Shown here: positions 1 through 12,325 of the stretch, piece after piece
How the letters are laid out: every line of letters begins with the position of its first letter
How positions within the stretch are numbered: position 1 is the first letter of the stretch
From: Eledone cirrhosa
Taxonomy: Eukaryota
Direction: 5' to 3'
Length of the DNA stretch: 64,000 nt
Assembly (NCBI GenBank): GCA_964016885.1
Contig: OZ024742.1
Location: 242,854,001-242,918,000 of the forward strand
Translations under genes and position numbers: made by a program
Notes under the pieces: generated by a model
Seen by the model: only the letters and a program-made list of their open reading frames with translations
What the model was told of the DNA's origin: nothing
The model's database searches: none

Positions 1-69
1 GACAGAACACCAACTTTTACACTAAATTCTTCACAATATTCATTGTTAATTCTACTGACTGTTTGAAAT

Positions 70-1100
70 AGAAATTTCTATTTCCAACCACATAGTCTCC
101 ATTGATTCCATCATAGCCATCACTATGTTGTCCAACGTGGCCGTTTAGATCGCCAGCAATAATTAGGTAGTCGCTGTCGGTTATTTGGGAGGTAGTTTGC
201 ATTAGCGTCTCATAGAACCTGTCCTTTATAATGTGAAGTAGACCAGATTGGGGTGCATAAGCGGATATTATTGTCACAGTAGTTTTATTTAGAACTAGCC
301 TTATTTTAATTATTCTGTCATTTACTCTATTTACGTTGATTACCTTATCTACCCATTTTTCAGCTAACATAATTCCTACTCCACCTAGTCCGTTGTCATT
401 TCCCACCCAGAAAAGTTTATTGCATCGTTTACCCACGATGAATCTGGCAGACCCCCTTCTCCACCTAGTCTCTTGAATACAACAAACATCAACTTCTTTA
501 CGTTCAAGCATCTCTACAACCTCATTTGAGCGACCTTTTAATGTGCCTACATTCATGGTACCAACTCTGAAGTTGGGAGGGTGGGATGGATGGGTTAGAG
601 GGGTAGGGAGGGGTATGGGAGACGGAATTATGTTGGTCATTTGTGTCTGAAATAGAGAGGGGTCTTTGAATTCTCGTCCTGCAGCAGGAGGTGAATTTAT
701 CTTTATCTGTGACATCGACATTGAATGCTTAGACTTTCCAAATCTCCGCAGTCAACCCATCAAACAGGTCTAAACTTAAGGAGTAGTAACCGGGGCGGTA
801 GCTTTGCTATACTGATTTATTAGGGAACTTACTAAAGCCGCTGAGTTTTGATTGGACCATTAGCAATGGTGATGGGTGGGAGGGCGGGAAATGGGTAACT
901 TTAGGAGAAGGATTTGATTTAGAAAGGGTCCAACAGAATGAGACAAATAATTTTAAAACTTGTAAATATTAATTGAAAATCCGAGAGAAACAAACAGGGA
1001 ATTTGAATTGTAGACTAGCATATCTCGGAGATTAAAAACACTGCTCATTGGGAAGACTACGGAATATGGAAGACAATGCTTACATTCTCAAATCAACAAG
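70..1100 (-). mobile_element. RTE-clade LINE 5' fragment: APE endonuclease ORF (17..721) plus putative 5' UTR; similarity is lost near position 70
   Basis: ORF has APE motifs (GTMNVGTL, DVCCIQETRW, ISAYAPQ, IAGDLNGHVG). No RT follows. The 5' boundary is approximate. Confidence 0.8.
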
Positions 1101-1187
1101 TCGTCCATAAGATAATTTAGATAGATATTAATACATGTTTTGTCTGTATGTGTGTGTTTTAAACTTATTATTTTCCTTTCATGAAAA

Positions 1188-1374
1188 TGTGGATTGGCAG
1201 TATCAGTAGAGGGTCAGACGCCATGCTTTGCAGCATAGAGTTACGCCCCTTTATAGTCTGAGTTGAAATGCCGCAGAAGTTAACTTTGCCTTTCATCCTT
1301 ACGGGTTCTATAAAATAAAGTACCAGTAATGCACTGGGATAATTGCTGGCCTTGTGCCAAAAGTAGAAACAATT
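1188..1374 (+). mobile_element. tRNA-derived SINE, OK-like family with Deu/Nin-type core
   Basis: A-box-like TGGCAGTATCAG, B-box-like GAGTTGAAAT, core CTTTGCCTTTCATCCTTACGGG...ATAAAATAAAGTACCAG and AAACAATT tail; about 20 copies in the window. Confidence 0.85.
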
Positions 1375-1467
1375 AGTTTCATTTTGTGTTCTAGTCTCAT
1401 CTATGTTTTCTTTATCTTTCCTTTCAGAGGCTATAAATATAGTATCAGTCAATTATTAGGGTTGTTA

Positions 1468-1642
1468 CGAGGGCAATCCCAAAAGTAAGGTCTCCTTCCG
1501 ATATTGTAACTTTTCTGTTAAAATCCTGTGGATGGTGCTTCAGGAAACCTCAGGAACCAAAATGCAGAGAACATCCAGAGTGATCCGCTGATCTTTATGT
1601 ATGTTTTCCTCGGAAGGAGACCTTACTTTTGGGATTGCTCTC
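1468..1642. mobile_element. Tc1/mariner-type MITE
   Basis: About 33-bp TIRs (CGAGGGCAATCCCAAAAGTAAGGTCTCCTTCCG at 1468-1500, inverse at 1611-1642) flanked by TA on both sides. Confidence 0.85.
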
Positions 1643-1840
1643 TATATAATAACTGCGTAAAATTTGCACTTGGCGGTAGCGTTCAACGGGAGCTCCATTC
1701 TCAATGGCTGCCAAGCCAAGATTGAGCATCCCAGCGAAGCGCACGCATGCTTGTTTGGGAGTGAAGGAAGCACCAATCACAACAGTGTTGCCAACAGCCG
1801 TACGAACAGTTTCTCTGCGTCCCCATCACTTTGGAGACCT

Positions 1841-2120
1841 TCATCATCATCACCATCATCACCGTTTTACGTCCGTTCTTCCACGCTAGCATGGGTTAGA
1901 CGGGTTGTCCTGTTGTGGGCAGTGTCTGGTCGGCTGACCATGCCTTGCTCATACAGGAACTGATCTGGCTTGATTTCTACAGCTGGATGCCCTTCCTAAC
2001 ACCAATCTCATTTACAGTGAGTGCTGGGTGCTTTTTCGTGGCGCCTACACGTCCACTTTATAGTGTGGGCTGGGTGCTTTTTTGCCGTGGCACCTCCACG
2101 ACCACCTTGCGGTGGGGGGT
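1841..2120 (-). mobile_element. SINE 3' part with V-domain-like core and (GAT)n RTE-type tail
   Basis: Reverse complement reads GTTAGGAAGGGCATCCAGCTGTAGAAA ... GGACGTAAAACGGTGATGATG; related copies at 2307, 4303 and 8120. Confidence 0.7.
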
Positions 2121-2306
2121 CGGATTACCCTCATACAATCGACTTGCCACCCAACAAATTACTGGCCTTGCACCCAAATTAGAAACCCTTTGTAGTGTTG
2201 TTATAAGACAGTGGTAGATTAATAGAATCATCAGTGCATTGAACTAGGCTTTGTAGTATTGTTATAGTTCAACTGTAATCAAATCTAACTTTTTCAGCCT
2301 TCTAGA

Positions 2307-2620
2307 ATCATCATCATCATCATCATCAACGTTTAACGTCCGTGTTCCACGCTTGCATGGGTTTGGACGGGGGTAGTCCCACTTGAGGCAAGAGTGATTG
2401 TCTTGCTCGCATAGGACTGTCTGGCAGGTTTTCTACAGCTGGATGCCCTTCCTAACACCAACCACATTTACAGTGTGGGGCTGGGAGGTTTTTACCGTGT
2501 TGCCTACACGGCCACATTACAGCGTGGACTGTGTGTTTTTTTGTCGTGACACCTACACGATCTCATTTGTTTCGGCCTGGATGGCGCGGCACCAACATAA
2601 CTTTACATAGAACGGGGTGG
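2307..2620 (-). mobile_element. SINE 3' part with V-domain-like core and (GAT)n tail
   Basis: Same family as 1841-2120. Confidence 0.7.
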
Positions 2621-2756
2621 TGTGGATGGGGTGTGGGTGGTGGCGGGACGGGGTGTATTTTGTTCATCAATAAGATAAAGTACCTATTCAGTACTGGAGT
2701 CTATTTGCTTGATTAATCCCTCCTTCCAGATATCTGGCCTTATACCTATGTTAGAA

Positions 2757-2947
2757 GGTGGATTGACAGTATCAGTCGAGGGTCGGATGCAATGCTTTGA
2801 CGCAAAGAGTTATGGCCCTTTCCATTCTGAGTTCAAATCCCGCCAAGGTTAACTTTGCCTTTCATCCTTACGGGGTTGATAAAATAAAGTACCAGTAATA
2901 CACTGGGTAAATGCTGGCCTTGTGCCAAAAGTAGAAACAGTTATTAT
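2757..2947 (+). mobile_element. OK-like tRNA SINE (preceded by a degenerate 3' half of another copy at about 2665-2755)
   Basis: Full head-core-tail match to the family consensus. Confidence 0.85.
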
Positions 2948-3032
2948 CATGTTTTCAACAGTTTTATACAAGTTTCTACTGCACTAGCAAATACACATCC
3001 ATGGCCTAGTACATAGGTTAGTAATCAGTATT

Positions 3033-3219
3033 ATTGGCAGTATCGGTAGAGGGTCGGACACCATGCTTTGACGCAAAGAGTTACGGCCCTTTCCATTCTG
3101 AGTTCAAATCCCGCCGAGGTTAACTTTGCCTTTCATCCTTACGGGGTCGATAAAATAAAGTACCAGTAATGCACTGGGATATAATTGCTGGCCTTGTGCC
3201 AAAAGTGGAAACAATTATT
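3033..3219 (+). mobile_element. OK-like tRNA SINE
   Basis: Near-consensus copy. Confidence 0.85.
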
Positions 3220-3229
3220 AGTATTAGCA

Positions 3230-3420
3230 ATCAGTAGATTGCTGTCATATATCTTGCAGCATTTAGTTATGTCCCTTTACATTCTCAGTCTAAATCCTGC
3301 TGAAGTTGGTTGACTTCAAGAATATATATATTAAGTATTAGTCATGTACATGTATCAGTTTAAGTGACTGTTATGTTTGCCAGAGTGTGTAGCTTTGTGC
3401 GAGTACTAGAAATCGTTATT
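3230..3420 (+). mobile_element. Degenerate OK-like SINE
   Basis: Diverged B-box (CAGTCTAAATCC) and tail (TAGAAATCGTTATT). Confidence 0.5.
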
Positions 3421-3618
3421 TTTATTTTTATTTTGCACAAATAAATAGGAGTTTTTCTCCTTATTGCCAGGCCATGACTAATTTCTTTAGAGCTCAAGGA
3501 GCTTTGTGATTATTCTCATTGTACCAAGTAAGACATACTTTTGTATTAATGCTACTTTTGTTGTTACTGTTCCTTATTGGTCACATCCATGTCAGTATTC
3601 TTTTATTATTATTTATTA

Positions 3619-3785
3619 TGGCAGTGGATTGGCAGTATCAGTAGAGCGTCAGACACCATGCTTTGTAGCATAGAGTTATGGCCCTTTACATTCTGAGTTC
3701 AAATCCTGCTGAGGTTAGCTTTACCTTTCATCCTTATGGGGGTCGATAAAATGCAGTAGAATCGAGCACTGGGGTCAATTTAATT
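3619..3785 (+). mobile_element. OK-like tRNA SINE
   Basis: Head and core match the family. Confidence 0.8.
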
Positions 3786-4302
3786 AATTAACTAGATTGT
3801 AGCTGAAATATTTGCATGAGAGGTGAGGGTTTCTCTGAAGACCTGCTGTCCAGCTCTCCTGAGAGTTTCTTAGTATTAACCCACTTGAATGCTATTCCTT
3901 TTATGCCTTTCATGCCAAACATTGACCTACCAATAAATCTAACCAAGGAAGATACTGCAATAATTGTGGACACTGCTCATCTGAGAAGTTTAGAATTTTA
4001 TAAGGTAGAATTCTGAAACATATTCTCCTTTTTAGGGGGACATTCTTGGGGAAGAGCACCAGTACAGCATCCAGTCTTGGAAAGCCTTACTTTTTGGAAC
4101 ATCCTGCAATTGTATTTGCAGTTGCATGTATTGGCTTCAATACTGTTTAAACCTATATATTTGTAAGATTTCTTTTTTAAACCATTACATTATGAAGGAG
4201 TCATTTTAGTCATTCAAAAAACATAAAAACTGTTAAATTATCATAAATTTCCTGGTTGCAAATAGTGCACCAAAATGTTGACACTGGAAAATAAATGACA
4301 CA

Positions 4303-4935
4303 CATCATCATCATCATCACCATCCTCATCACCACAAGCAACAGCAGCTTTTAAGGCCCATTTTCCATGCTAACATGGGTTAGACGGGTTGTCCCATTAG
4401 AGGCAAGTTGGGTCAAGTGACCCTGTCATGCTCATATAGGACTGTTTCTGGCTAGGTTTCTACGGCTGGATGCCCTTCCTAACATCAACCACATTTACTG
4501 TGTGCTGGGTGCTTTTTGTCGTGATTCCTACATGACCACTTTACAGTGTGGGCTGGGTGCTTTTAGTCGTGACTCCTACACAACCACCTTACAGTGTGGG
4601 CTGAGTGCTTTTTGTTATGACACCTACATGACCACTTTACAGTGTGTGGTGGGTGCTTTTTGTTGTGACACCTACACGACCATTTTACAGTGTGGACTGA
4701 GTGCTTTTTGTCATAATATCTACGCAACCACTTAACACTGTTGGGCTGGGTGCCTTTTGCCGTGACTCCTATGTGACCACTTTACAGTGTGGGCTGGGTG
4801 TTTTAGTCGTGACTCCTACACAACCACTTTACAGCATGAGCTGAGTGCTTTTTGTCATAGCACCTACACGACCACTTTACAGTGAGGGCTGGGTGCTTTT
4901 TGTGATACCAACATAACTTTACAGTGTAAGGGTGG
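4303..4935 (-). mobile_element. V-domain-like SINE 3' part carrying an internal 48-bp minisatellite (about 9 units, 4494-4930)
   Basis: (CAT)n tail and core motif, followed by repeats of TTACAGTGTGGGCTGGGTGCTTTTTGTCGTGACTCCTACACGACCACT. Confidence 0.75.
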
Positions 4936-5088
4936 TGTGGACAGAAGGGGGAGTGGGTATTATGGATTTGGTTTTGAATGGTTAAAATGATTCTTTCATA
5001 ATGTAATTGCTTTAGTTCCAACACACGGTCTCAAATGAAGTTATTTATCAAACAGATTCAAATCAAACATTTTTTTTTTATCTTTCAG

Positions 5089-5249
5089 TTTACAATCTGA
5101 AGGAATGTTGCCTGCAAAAATTAAGAGCCATCATTCCATGTAATCAACTAGACGCACTGGAACTACCAAAAAGTCTCATAGGGGAAATGAAAAAGTATTT
5201 TCACAAAAGCTCATATATTGGTAAACCTTTTAGCGTATCTGAGAGGTGA
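5089..5249 (+). CDS. VHL: Terminal coding exon of a von Hippel-Lindau tumour suppressor homologue (alpha domain, Elongin BC box)
   Basis: Polypyrimidine tract plus AG at 5087-5088. Phase-1 exon translates (V)YNLKECCLQKLRAIIPCNQLDALELPKSLIGEMKKYFHKSSYIGKPFSVSER*, resembling human VHL VYTLKERCLQVVRSLV, whose last exon starts in the same split Val codon. Another SOCS/BC-box gene is not excluded. Confidence 0.68.
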
Positions 5250-8050
5250 GCTATGTTGAAGTATATCAGTTTGGTTGGTTTGTGATGAAACCATGCTATG
5301 TATTTTCTTCATACACATTTCTAGACATGGATCTGTAAGCTGATTCTGTTTACCATATATGTGTATATACATTATCTATTTCATTGAAACCATTTTTCTA
5401 TGGCTGAATTTACCATTTCAAACTACATTAGTTTAGCTCCTTGGTGAGTTAACCCAACGAAGTACAAAACAGTAAATTCAGCCGTACAATGATGATTCTA
5501 TTAAAATATATAAACTCTACCAATAAATAAGTATTGAGTGTTTCATTAACTCAGTCTCTTTTTTTTTACAAAGAACATTAAATATATATGAGTATATGTA
5601 GATATATATACATATATATGTATGTATATATGTGTGTGTGTATGTGTGTATATATATATATGTAGATATATGTGTGTGTGTGTATATATGTATATATATG
5701 TGTGAGTGTGTGTGTGTGTGTACATAATGCACACTGCGACTTTGTTTTTCATATATGCTGAAATGAAGAATTTCTCTATCTCTTTTCTGGATTATTCTTA
5801 TATTTTTGTCTCTTTAAGAATGTCTTCTAATCCCAATTATAATGCAAAAGAAATGGCTGTAATACATAAATATTCTTGTATTCTGTATATTCACACTACA
5901 TAAACATAAAATAAATATATATATATATATGAGCAGTATATCCTTGATGTCAGCTCTTATCATACATTATTCACTGTTTAAATTAGGGTCATAATTTCCT
6001 GTTGATAATAATAATATCATCAGGTAATAGAACCTTGTATTTCAAGAAGGAACAATCTTTCTGTTCTGTATCTGTTCATCAATTTCTTAACCAAAAATAT
6101 TACCAAAGAGATATATGTTTTAAAGTAAGACATGCATGTACAAAATGTTCTTTAAAGTATTGGTTCAATATATAATTATATATACAGCATATGTATATAA
6201 TATTGGAAAAAATGTTAGTGAGTATGATCTAAGACCTACCCAAATTACATGATTTATTTTTACATATGTATATATTTTGTATGGAAATTAGAATCTGTTA
6301 TTCTGAAATTTATTTTCAACAAATAGTTAATTTTATTTTTAATTTTATTAATTCCTAATTAATACAGGTATCACTGATTTTCTGGCTACCGATAGTCCAG
6401 AAGTAATTCTGAGCTCAGCCAATTGAATTCCCTGCAACCCATAAGAAATTTATCCTCAAATATTATTCCACTAGAATTTTTTTCAACACCTTGATGTGTA
6501 TGTGCATATGCATACATTTAGATGTATAAGTATATAAATATAAATGTGCAAACACAGACACACTTACAAAATTACACACTCATAGACATACATTCACACA
6601 AATACAAATACATTCACACAAACACACACATACATTTACATAAACATACATACACTCACACACTGCCTAGCAAATAGAATGCCACCTGCTGTTTTGCTAT
6701 AGTTTTTTCACCATCCCCTTTCCTCCTTTTACACACACATACATTCATGCACACATTGTGACGGATGGATGGATGTCACTCAAATTTATATATAGATGTT
6801 AGTCTGGCAAAACAGATACTTCAGCATGAATCTAGAACCAGATGCACCAGAAAATCAGTGTTGTACTTGTATTAACTCAATAGACAAATAATTATACAGC
6901 AACATTATTTTGAATATGAAATAGGAGGTAGATTGATAGGTGCTGGATTGGCAGTATAGGTAGGTCGAACGCCATGCTTTTCAGCATAGTTATGTCCCTT
7001 TACGGTCTGAGTTTAAATCTTACTGAGGTTAACTTTGCCTTTCATCCTTACGGGGTCGATAAAATAAAGTACCAGTAATGTACTGGAATAATTGCCGGCC
7101 TTGTGCCAAAAGTAGAAATTATTATTTTGAATATGAAATCTTTGGTAAAATTGTTTTCAATACTTTTTAAGTACATTTTAAGCATGCTGGTCTCATAACT
7201 TAAATTCAGTTTTGACAAAGACTTTATATATATTTATTTAATTAAGATTTTTTAAAATCTTAACTTACAAACTGAATTACTTTTCTAAATGTTTAGTTGC
7301 AATACTCACCAACATAACAGTATTTTGATATAACATTCATTCTTTTTCATGCATTGTTAATTCTATTTTATGGTTGATTCCTGCAGTGATGGTCATTACT
7401 TAAACACTTAATAATTCCCTAGTAATGATTTTAATTAGAGATAATTACAGTTGTAATATTGTCAAAGCACAATAAATTGAGCTGAATCAAAAATGTGAAT
7501 AATTTTTCAAAATATATTTTCTTTGGAATACTGGTCTTTGTTCTCATCCTTGCTTCTTGACAAATGCTGACTTTACATTTTTCATATTAAGTAATTTATA
7601 ATGGTGAATAAATGTTCGCTAGCAAATTCTATTAAGGTACTTTATATGTAAGGATATGAAAAACCTCTGACTAACAAAAATTGTCTCTTGCATGGAGTGT
7701 AATGGGACCAATTATTGCTATTTTAATGCTTTTTGATGATTGAAAGTCCAGTGATTGATTTTATATTAAGCATTTATATATACAAATCTATACTATTTGT
7801 TATTTCATCACTAATATCATTCATCAATAAAAAAACAATAAAAAACAAGTCACTTGTTCTTTTTTCTTATTTTGTTTTTATTAAGGCATTTTATATGAAA
7901 TTAGAAATAATAATGATAGTAATTTTACAAAGATGGTTATATCATTAATTGAAACCATTATGGCATGTAAGAAATATACCATTTGTTCCATTTACAATTT
8001 GTATGACTAAATACATAATTGCTTCTTTTGCAACATCAGTAGATTATGTG
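5250..8050 (+). other. Probable 3' UTR / downstream region of the VHL-like gene
   Basis: Mostly unique AT-rich sequence after the stop codon with several AATAAA motifs (e.g. about 5522, 5910, 7606). The true end is unknown. Confidence 0.35.
6938..7125 (+). mobile_element. OK-like tRNA SINE
   Basis: Family match. Confidence 0.8.
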
Positions 8051-8119
8051 TAAGTCTAGTAGACAAACAAGTTCTAGAAACTTTCAATATGTTCATTTGA
8101 AAATTTAGTTTAGTAGGTT

Positions 8120-8270
8120 CCACACGTAAAAGTGGTTGGTGTTAGGCAGAGCATCCAGCTGTAAAAAACCCGGCCAAATTTACAGTTCTCATCAGAGTAA
8201 GGTGCGGCGTGGCCAACTCTGGCCAGACTTGCAAGCATGGAAAAGTGGACACTAAATGGTGATGATGATT
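8120..8270 (+). mobile_element. V-domain-like SINE 3' fragment
   Basis: GGTTGGTGTTAGGCAGAGCATCCAGCTGTAAAA ... GCATGGAAAAGTGGACACTAAATGGTGATGATG. Confidence 0.65.
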
Positions 8271-8406
8271 GTTAAAGCTTTTGTTAACTTTATGCATTTA
8301 CTAGCTGGCGCCCAGCTACCATTGGCGTGTTCTGCAGCATCCAGGTATATATATATAGCTGACGTACCTAGCTTCACTTGGTTAAACAGACAATAAGCCC
8401 TCTGTG

Positions 8407-9093
8407 TAGTATAGTATTACTGTTGAAAATATATAGTATAGTATAGTATTACTGTTGAAAATATATAGTATAGTATAGTATTACTGTTGAAAATGTATAG
8501 TATAGTATTACTGTTGAAAATATATAGTACGGTATTACTGTTGAAAATGTATAGTATAGTATTACTGTTGAAAATATATAGTACGGTATTACTGTTGAAA
8601 ATGTATAGTATAGTATTACTGTTGAAAACATATAGTACGGTATTACTGTTGAAAATGTATAGTATAGTATTACTGTTGAAAACATATAGTACGGTATTAC
8701 TGTTGAAAATGTATAGTATAGTATTACTGTTGAAAACATATAGTATAGTATTACTGTTGAAAATATATAGTACAGTATTGCTGTTGAAAATATATAATAT
8801 AGTATTACTGTTGAAAATGTATATAGTACAGTATTGCTGTTGAAAATATATAGTATAGTATTACTGTTGAAAATATATATAGTACAGAATCACTGTTGAA
8901 AACATATAGTATAGTATAGTATTACTGTTGAAAATATATAGTATAGTACAGTATTACTGTTGAAAATATATAGTATAGTACAGTATTACTGTTGAAAATA
9001 TATAGTATAGTAATAGTATCACTGTTGAAAATATATAGTATAGTATTACTGTTGAAAATATATAGTATAGTACAGTATTACTGTTGAAAATAT
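8407..9093. repeat. 27-bp minisatellite (TAGTATAGTATTACTGTTGAAAATATA), about 24 copies
   Basis: Directly visible tandem units with alternating variants. Confidence 0.95.
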
Positions 9094-9136
9094 GTACACG
9101 AATATATAATTCTAGGGCGAGTAAATTTCCCGAGAT

Positions 9137-10087
9137 CTATGGACGCGGTCTCTGTCCCTCATTATCGCTGCCATTTACCTGCGTCTCCAACAGACCAGTG
9201 TCTGTGCTTAGGGCATCAACATACGTTAACTTTGGTCTTCCTCTTCCAGTGTGTCCATGTAGGGGCTCCCACAGAAGCACTGAGTGCAATGTGAACTCTG
9301 GATGTTGGTGAGCATGTCCAGCTAACCTCAGTCTCCTCTGTGTCACTTTTGAGCTGAATTTTGGGAGGCTCCCATACAGCTCTGTGTTTTTCATCCTCAG
9401 TGTATACTGATAGTGGACCTGATATCACTGCTCTACACCAACACCAAAGCCCAAGTATTACACCTGATGGGATGACAGAGTTCTTTCAGATACTGGCTGG
9501 AGTGCTCCAGGGAGATACATTGGCTCCCTACCTTTTTATCATCGTAGTGGACTATTGTATGCACCTTGCACTGGAGAAACACCAGGACTCTGGCTTTACT
9601 GTAGCACCAGCTCAGAGCAGGAGAGTTAAGGCAAAAAAGATATCGGATGCTGAATTTGCTGATGACATAGTTTTGGTGACAGATACAGTGAAGGAGGCAG
9701 AGGATTTGATGCGGGAGGTTGAGACTGTGTCGATGAGTGTGGGACTGAGAATGAATGAGACTAAAACAAAATATCTGGTAGAGAATGTTGAGAAGCCAGA
9801 GGGGATCACTAATGTAGGTGGGAAGTCGCTAGAATTGGTTGAGGACTTCCTGTATTTGGGAGCAAAGATTGGGAATACCGAAGATGATTTGGTTGAGAGG
9901 AAGAGCAAAGCCTGGGCGGCATGCCACAGCTTGAGATCGGTGTGGAAGTCAAACCTTCGTAAAGACCTGAAAATCCGCCTCTTCATTGCTGTAGTGGAGA
10001 CTTAGACACTGACCAAGAAACTCACTCAGATGGTGGATGGGTGCTACATGAGAATGCTGAGGATGGCTCTGAACATTAATCAGTATA
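9137..10087. mobile_element. RTE-clade LINE fragment with inverted 5' part (RT portion on +, 9420-10087; C-terminal portion on -, 9137-9412)
   Basis: GVLQGDTLAPYLF, FADDIVL and FLYLG on +. RRLRLAGH...GRGRPKLTY on -. Confidence 0.85.
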
Positions 10088-10422
10088 TATAATTATAGAT
10101 ATATATATATATAATTAATTAAAGGTTGGTTAGAAGCGAAGTCAATGCAGACATACAGACAGATATTATAAGGGCGCGACGTTATAGCTATGTATCTATC
10201 TAAAAGACAGAGTAAGAAAGAGAGAGGAGTGTCATATTATAAATAATAAAGTACCAGTAATGTACTGGGATAATTGCTGGCCTTGTGCCAAAAGTAAAAG
10301 CAATTATACTTCTTTTTTATACAACTGTAAATAACATGTTTATATATGTATATATATACGTATAAAGGAATGCTGTAATAAAATGTACAAATTAAACTGT
10401 CTCTTATTTATGATACTAACAC

Positions 10423-10505
<83 letters not shown>

Positions 10506-11152
10506 GATAATGAAGTCAATGTACAGAATGGTTTTCGTAAAGCAGACAGATATTATAAGAGCGCGACGTTATAGCTATGTATCTATCTAAAAAGACAGAG
10601 ATCGCTAACCGGAAGTGTTGACATTTGAAAATTTTAAAGAAGGAGTATTTAAATAAACAATAAAATATCTTTAATCTTTTAACCAAATTTAGTAGACAAA
10701 AATACCCTCACTTCTTACTTGGGAAAAGTTACATCTATGGTGCAAATTTGGTGCTGTTTGGTCCAGCCGTTTGGCGAAAAGTTTGTTACCTACATACGGC
10801 CGTCAGCTTTACAATATAGATACACATATCTTTCAAAAAATACTTTATTCATTCTCATATCAAAAATAATAGAGGGGCAATTTTTTGTTGTTTTGTTTTA
10901 AATCATTGAGGCTGTAGTCAAGGCACGTGGTCCTATTGTTAGACCATAAAGTTGTAGTTTCAATTTCTGAACTGGATGGTTCATTATGTTCTTGAGCAAG
11001 ACACTTCTTTTTATGATAGGACTATGGCACCTGTTATTTTAACATCAAAGATGCCTCTTATGAGATACAAACTTGTAGAAAGCTGCATAGGTGTGTACAG
11101 TATTGATTTCATTTCAATGAGGCAATAGTAGACAATTGCTCAAGATACATAA

Positions 11153-11530
11153 ATAATTGTTTCTACTTTTTGGCACAGGGCCAGCAATTACCCAGCGCAT
11201 TACTAGTACTTTGTTTTATCGACCCCGTAAGGATGAAAGGCAAAGTTAGCCTCGGCGGGATTTGAACTCAGAATGGCAAGGGCCGTAACTCTATGCGTCA
11301 AAGCATGGCGTCCGACCCTCTACCGATACTGCCAATCCACCGCCATAATAATTGTTTCTACTTTTGGCACAAGACCAGCATTTACCCAGTACATTACTGG
11401 TATTTATTTTATCGACCCTGTAAGGATGAAAGGCAAAGTTGACCGTGGCGGGATTTGAACTCAGAATGGAAAGGGCCGTAACTCTATGCGTCAAAGCATG
11501 ACGTCCGACCCTCTACCGATACTGCCAATA
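11153..11530 (-). mobile_element. Two tandem OK-like SINEs (11153-11345, 11348-11530)
   Basis: Two near-consensus reverse-complement copies head to tail. Confidence 0.85.
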
Positions 11531-11789
11531 ATGACTGCCTCTCAGTTTCGAGAATTGCTATCCCTTGACTTTTTCTCATACATGGGTGACACAAAGATGA
11601 TTTTTTAGCCCTTTCAAGGACTTAGTTTCCTTTCTGCATATGCTGCAGTGAAAAAAAAGGCCATGCTCATACAACACACGGGAAAGTTGTTTAGATCAAG
11701 TGATGCTTGTGCTTGAAACTTTTTTAAGTGAAGAAAGGCCTTACACTGGACCAATACCAATCTCTGAATAGCAGTAACAGGCATAAAAA

Positions 11790-11920
11790 ATGAGGAACAA
11801 GTAAACATCATTGGCTGCCATCAAGTCGTAGGTTTTACATCAGAGTTTTCTTTTTCCTAAGGTGATGTCTTAACAAGGACTAGGCATCTCCCATTCGTGG
11901 TGGGCAAACCACTTGAATAT
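11790..11920 (-). mobile_element. Diverged fragment of an RTE 5'-UTR-derived non-autonomous element
   Basis: Similar to 61200-61330 (GAACAAGTAAACATCATTGG...TCAGAGTTTTCTTTTTCCTA). Confidence 0.5.
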
Positions 11921-11934
11921 TTCTGTGTCTCCAA

Positions 11935-12325
11935 GAATACGATCGCGAATACAAGCAGCCGAAATGGGATTCCATCAAAGGGTCTTTGGAGTAACGTTAT
12001 TCAATAAGTGCGTAACTTGGAGGTCAGAGAGTCATTCCAGGTAGAGCCACTACTTCTCCAAATTGAGAGACCACAGCTCCGATACTATGGACATGTGAGG
12101 AAAGAATCGCTGGACAGATTTAATGGGCAAAACCAACCGGCAAGAGACCCAGGTGTAGACCCTGAGAAAGATGGTTGGATAACATCCATGAGCTTGGCTT
12201 GTCATGCATGGGAATCCAGCCGGATCAGCTGGAGATGGTTACTTCTGACAGGACCCGCTAGAAGGAGTGTTTGAGGATTCTTCCCCACGACCCTCTCAGG
12301 AATAAGTGGGCGAAGAAGGAGGGTA
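11935..12325 (+). mobile_element. RTE-clade LINE 3' fragment
   Basis: Decayed RIQAAEMGF, EPLLLQIERPQLRYYGH and GKRPR motifs typical of the RTE ORF C-terminus. Confidence 0.75.

Larger units (their letters stand above)
8356..10820 (-). mobile_element. Putative non-autonomous Helitron hosting a minisatellite and an RTE insertion
   Basis: Left end TAGCTGACGTACCTAGCTTCACTTGG resembles an inverted Helitron 3' terminus. Right end AAATTTGG...CCAGCCGTTT...ACAATATAGAT resembles an inverted 5'-TC terminus. Confidence 0.45.

Noticed and set aside
1188-1275. tRNA gene calls on SINE heads
   Set aside because: No normal anticodon arm, and always fused to the SINE core and tail.
3816-4016. 66-aa ORF as an upstream VHL exon
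   Set aside because: No resemblance to the VHL beta domain and no convincing splice sites.
8407-9093. CRISPR-like appearance of short repeats (also 4494-4930)
   Set aside because: Tandem units without unique spacers, no cas genes, eukaryotic context.
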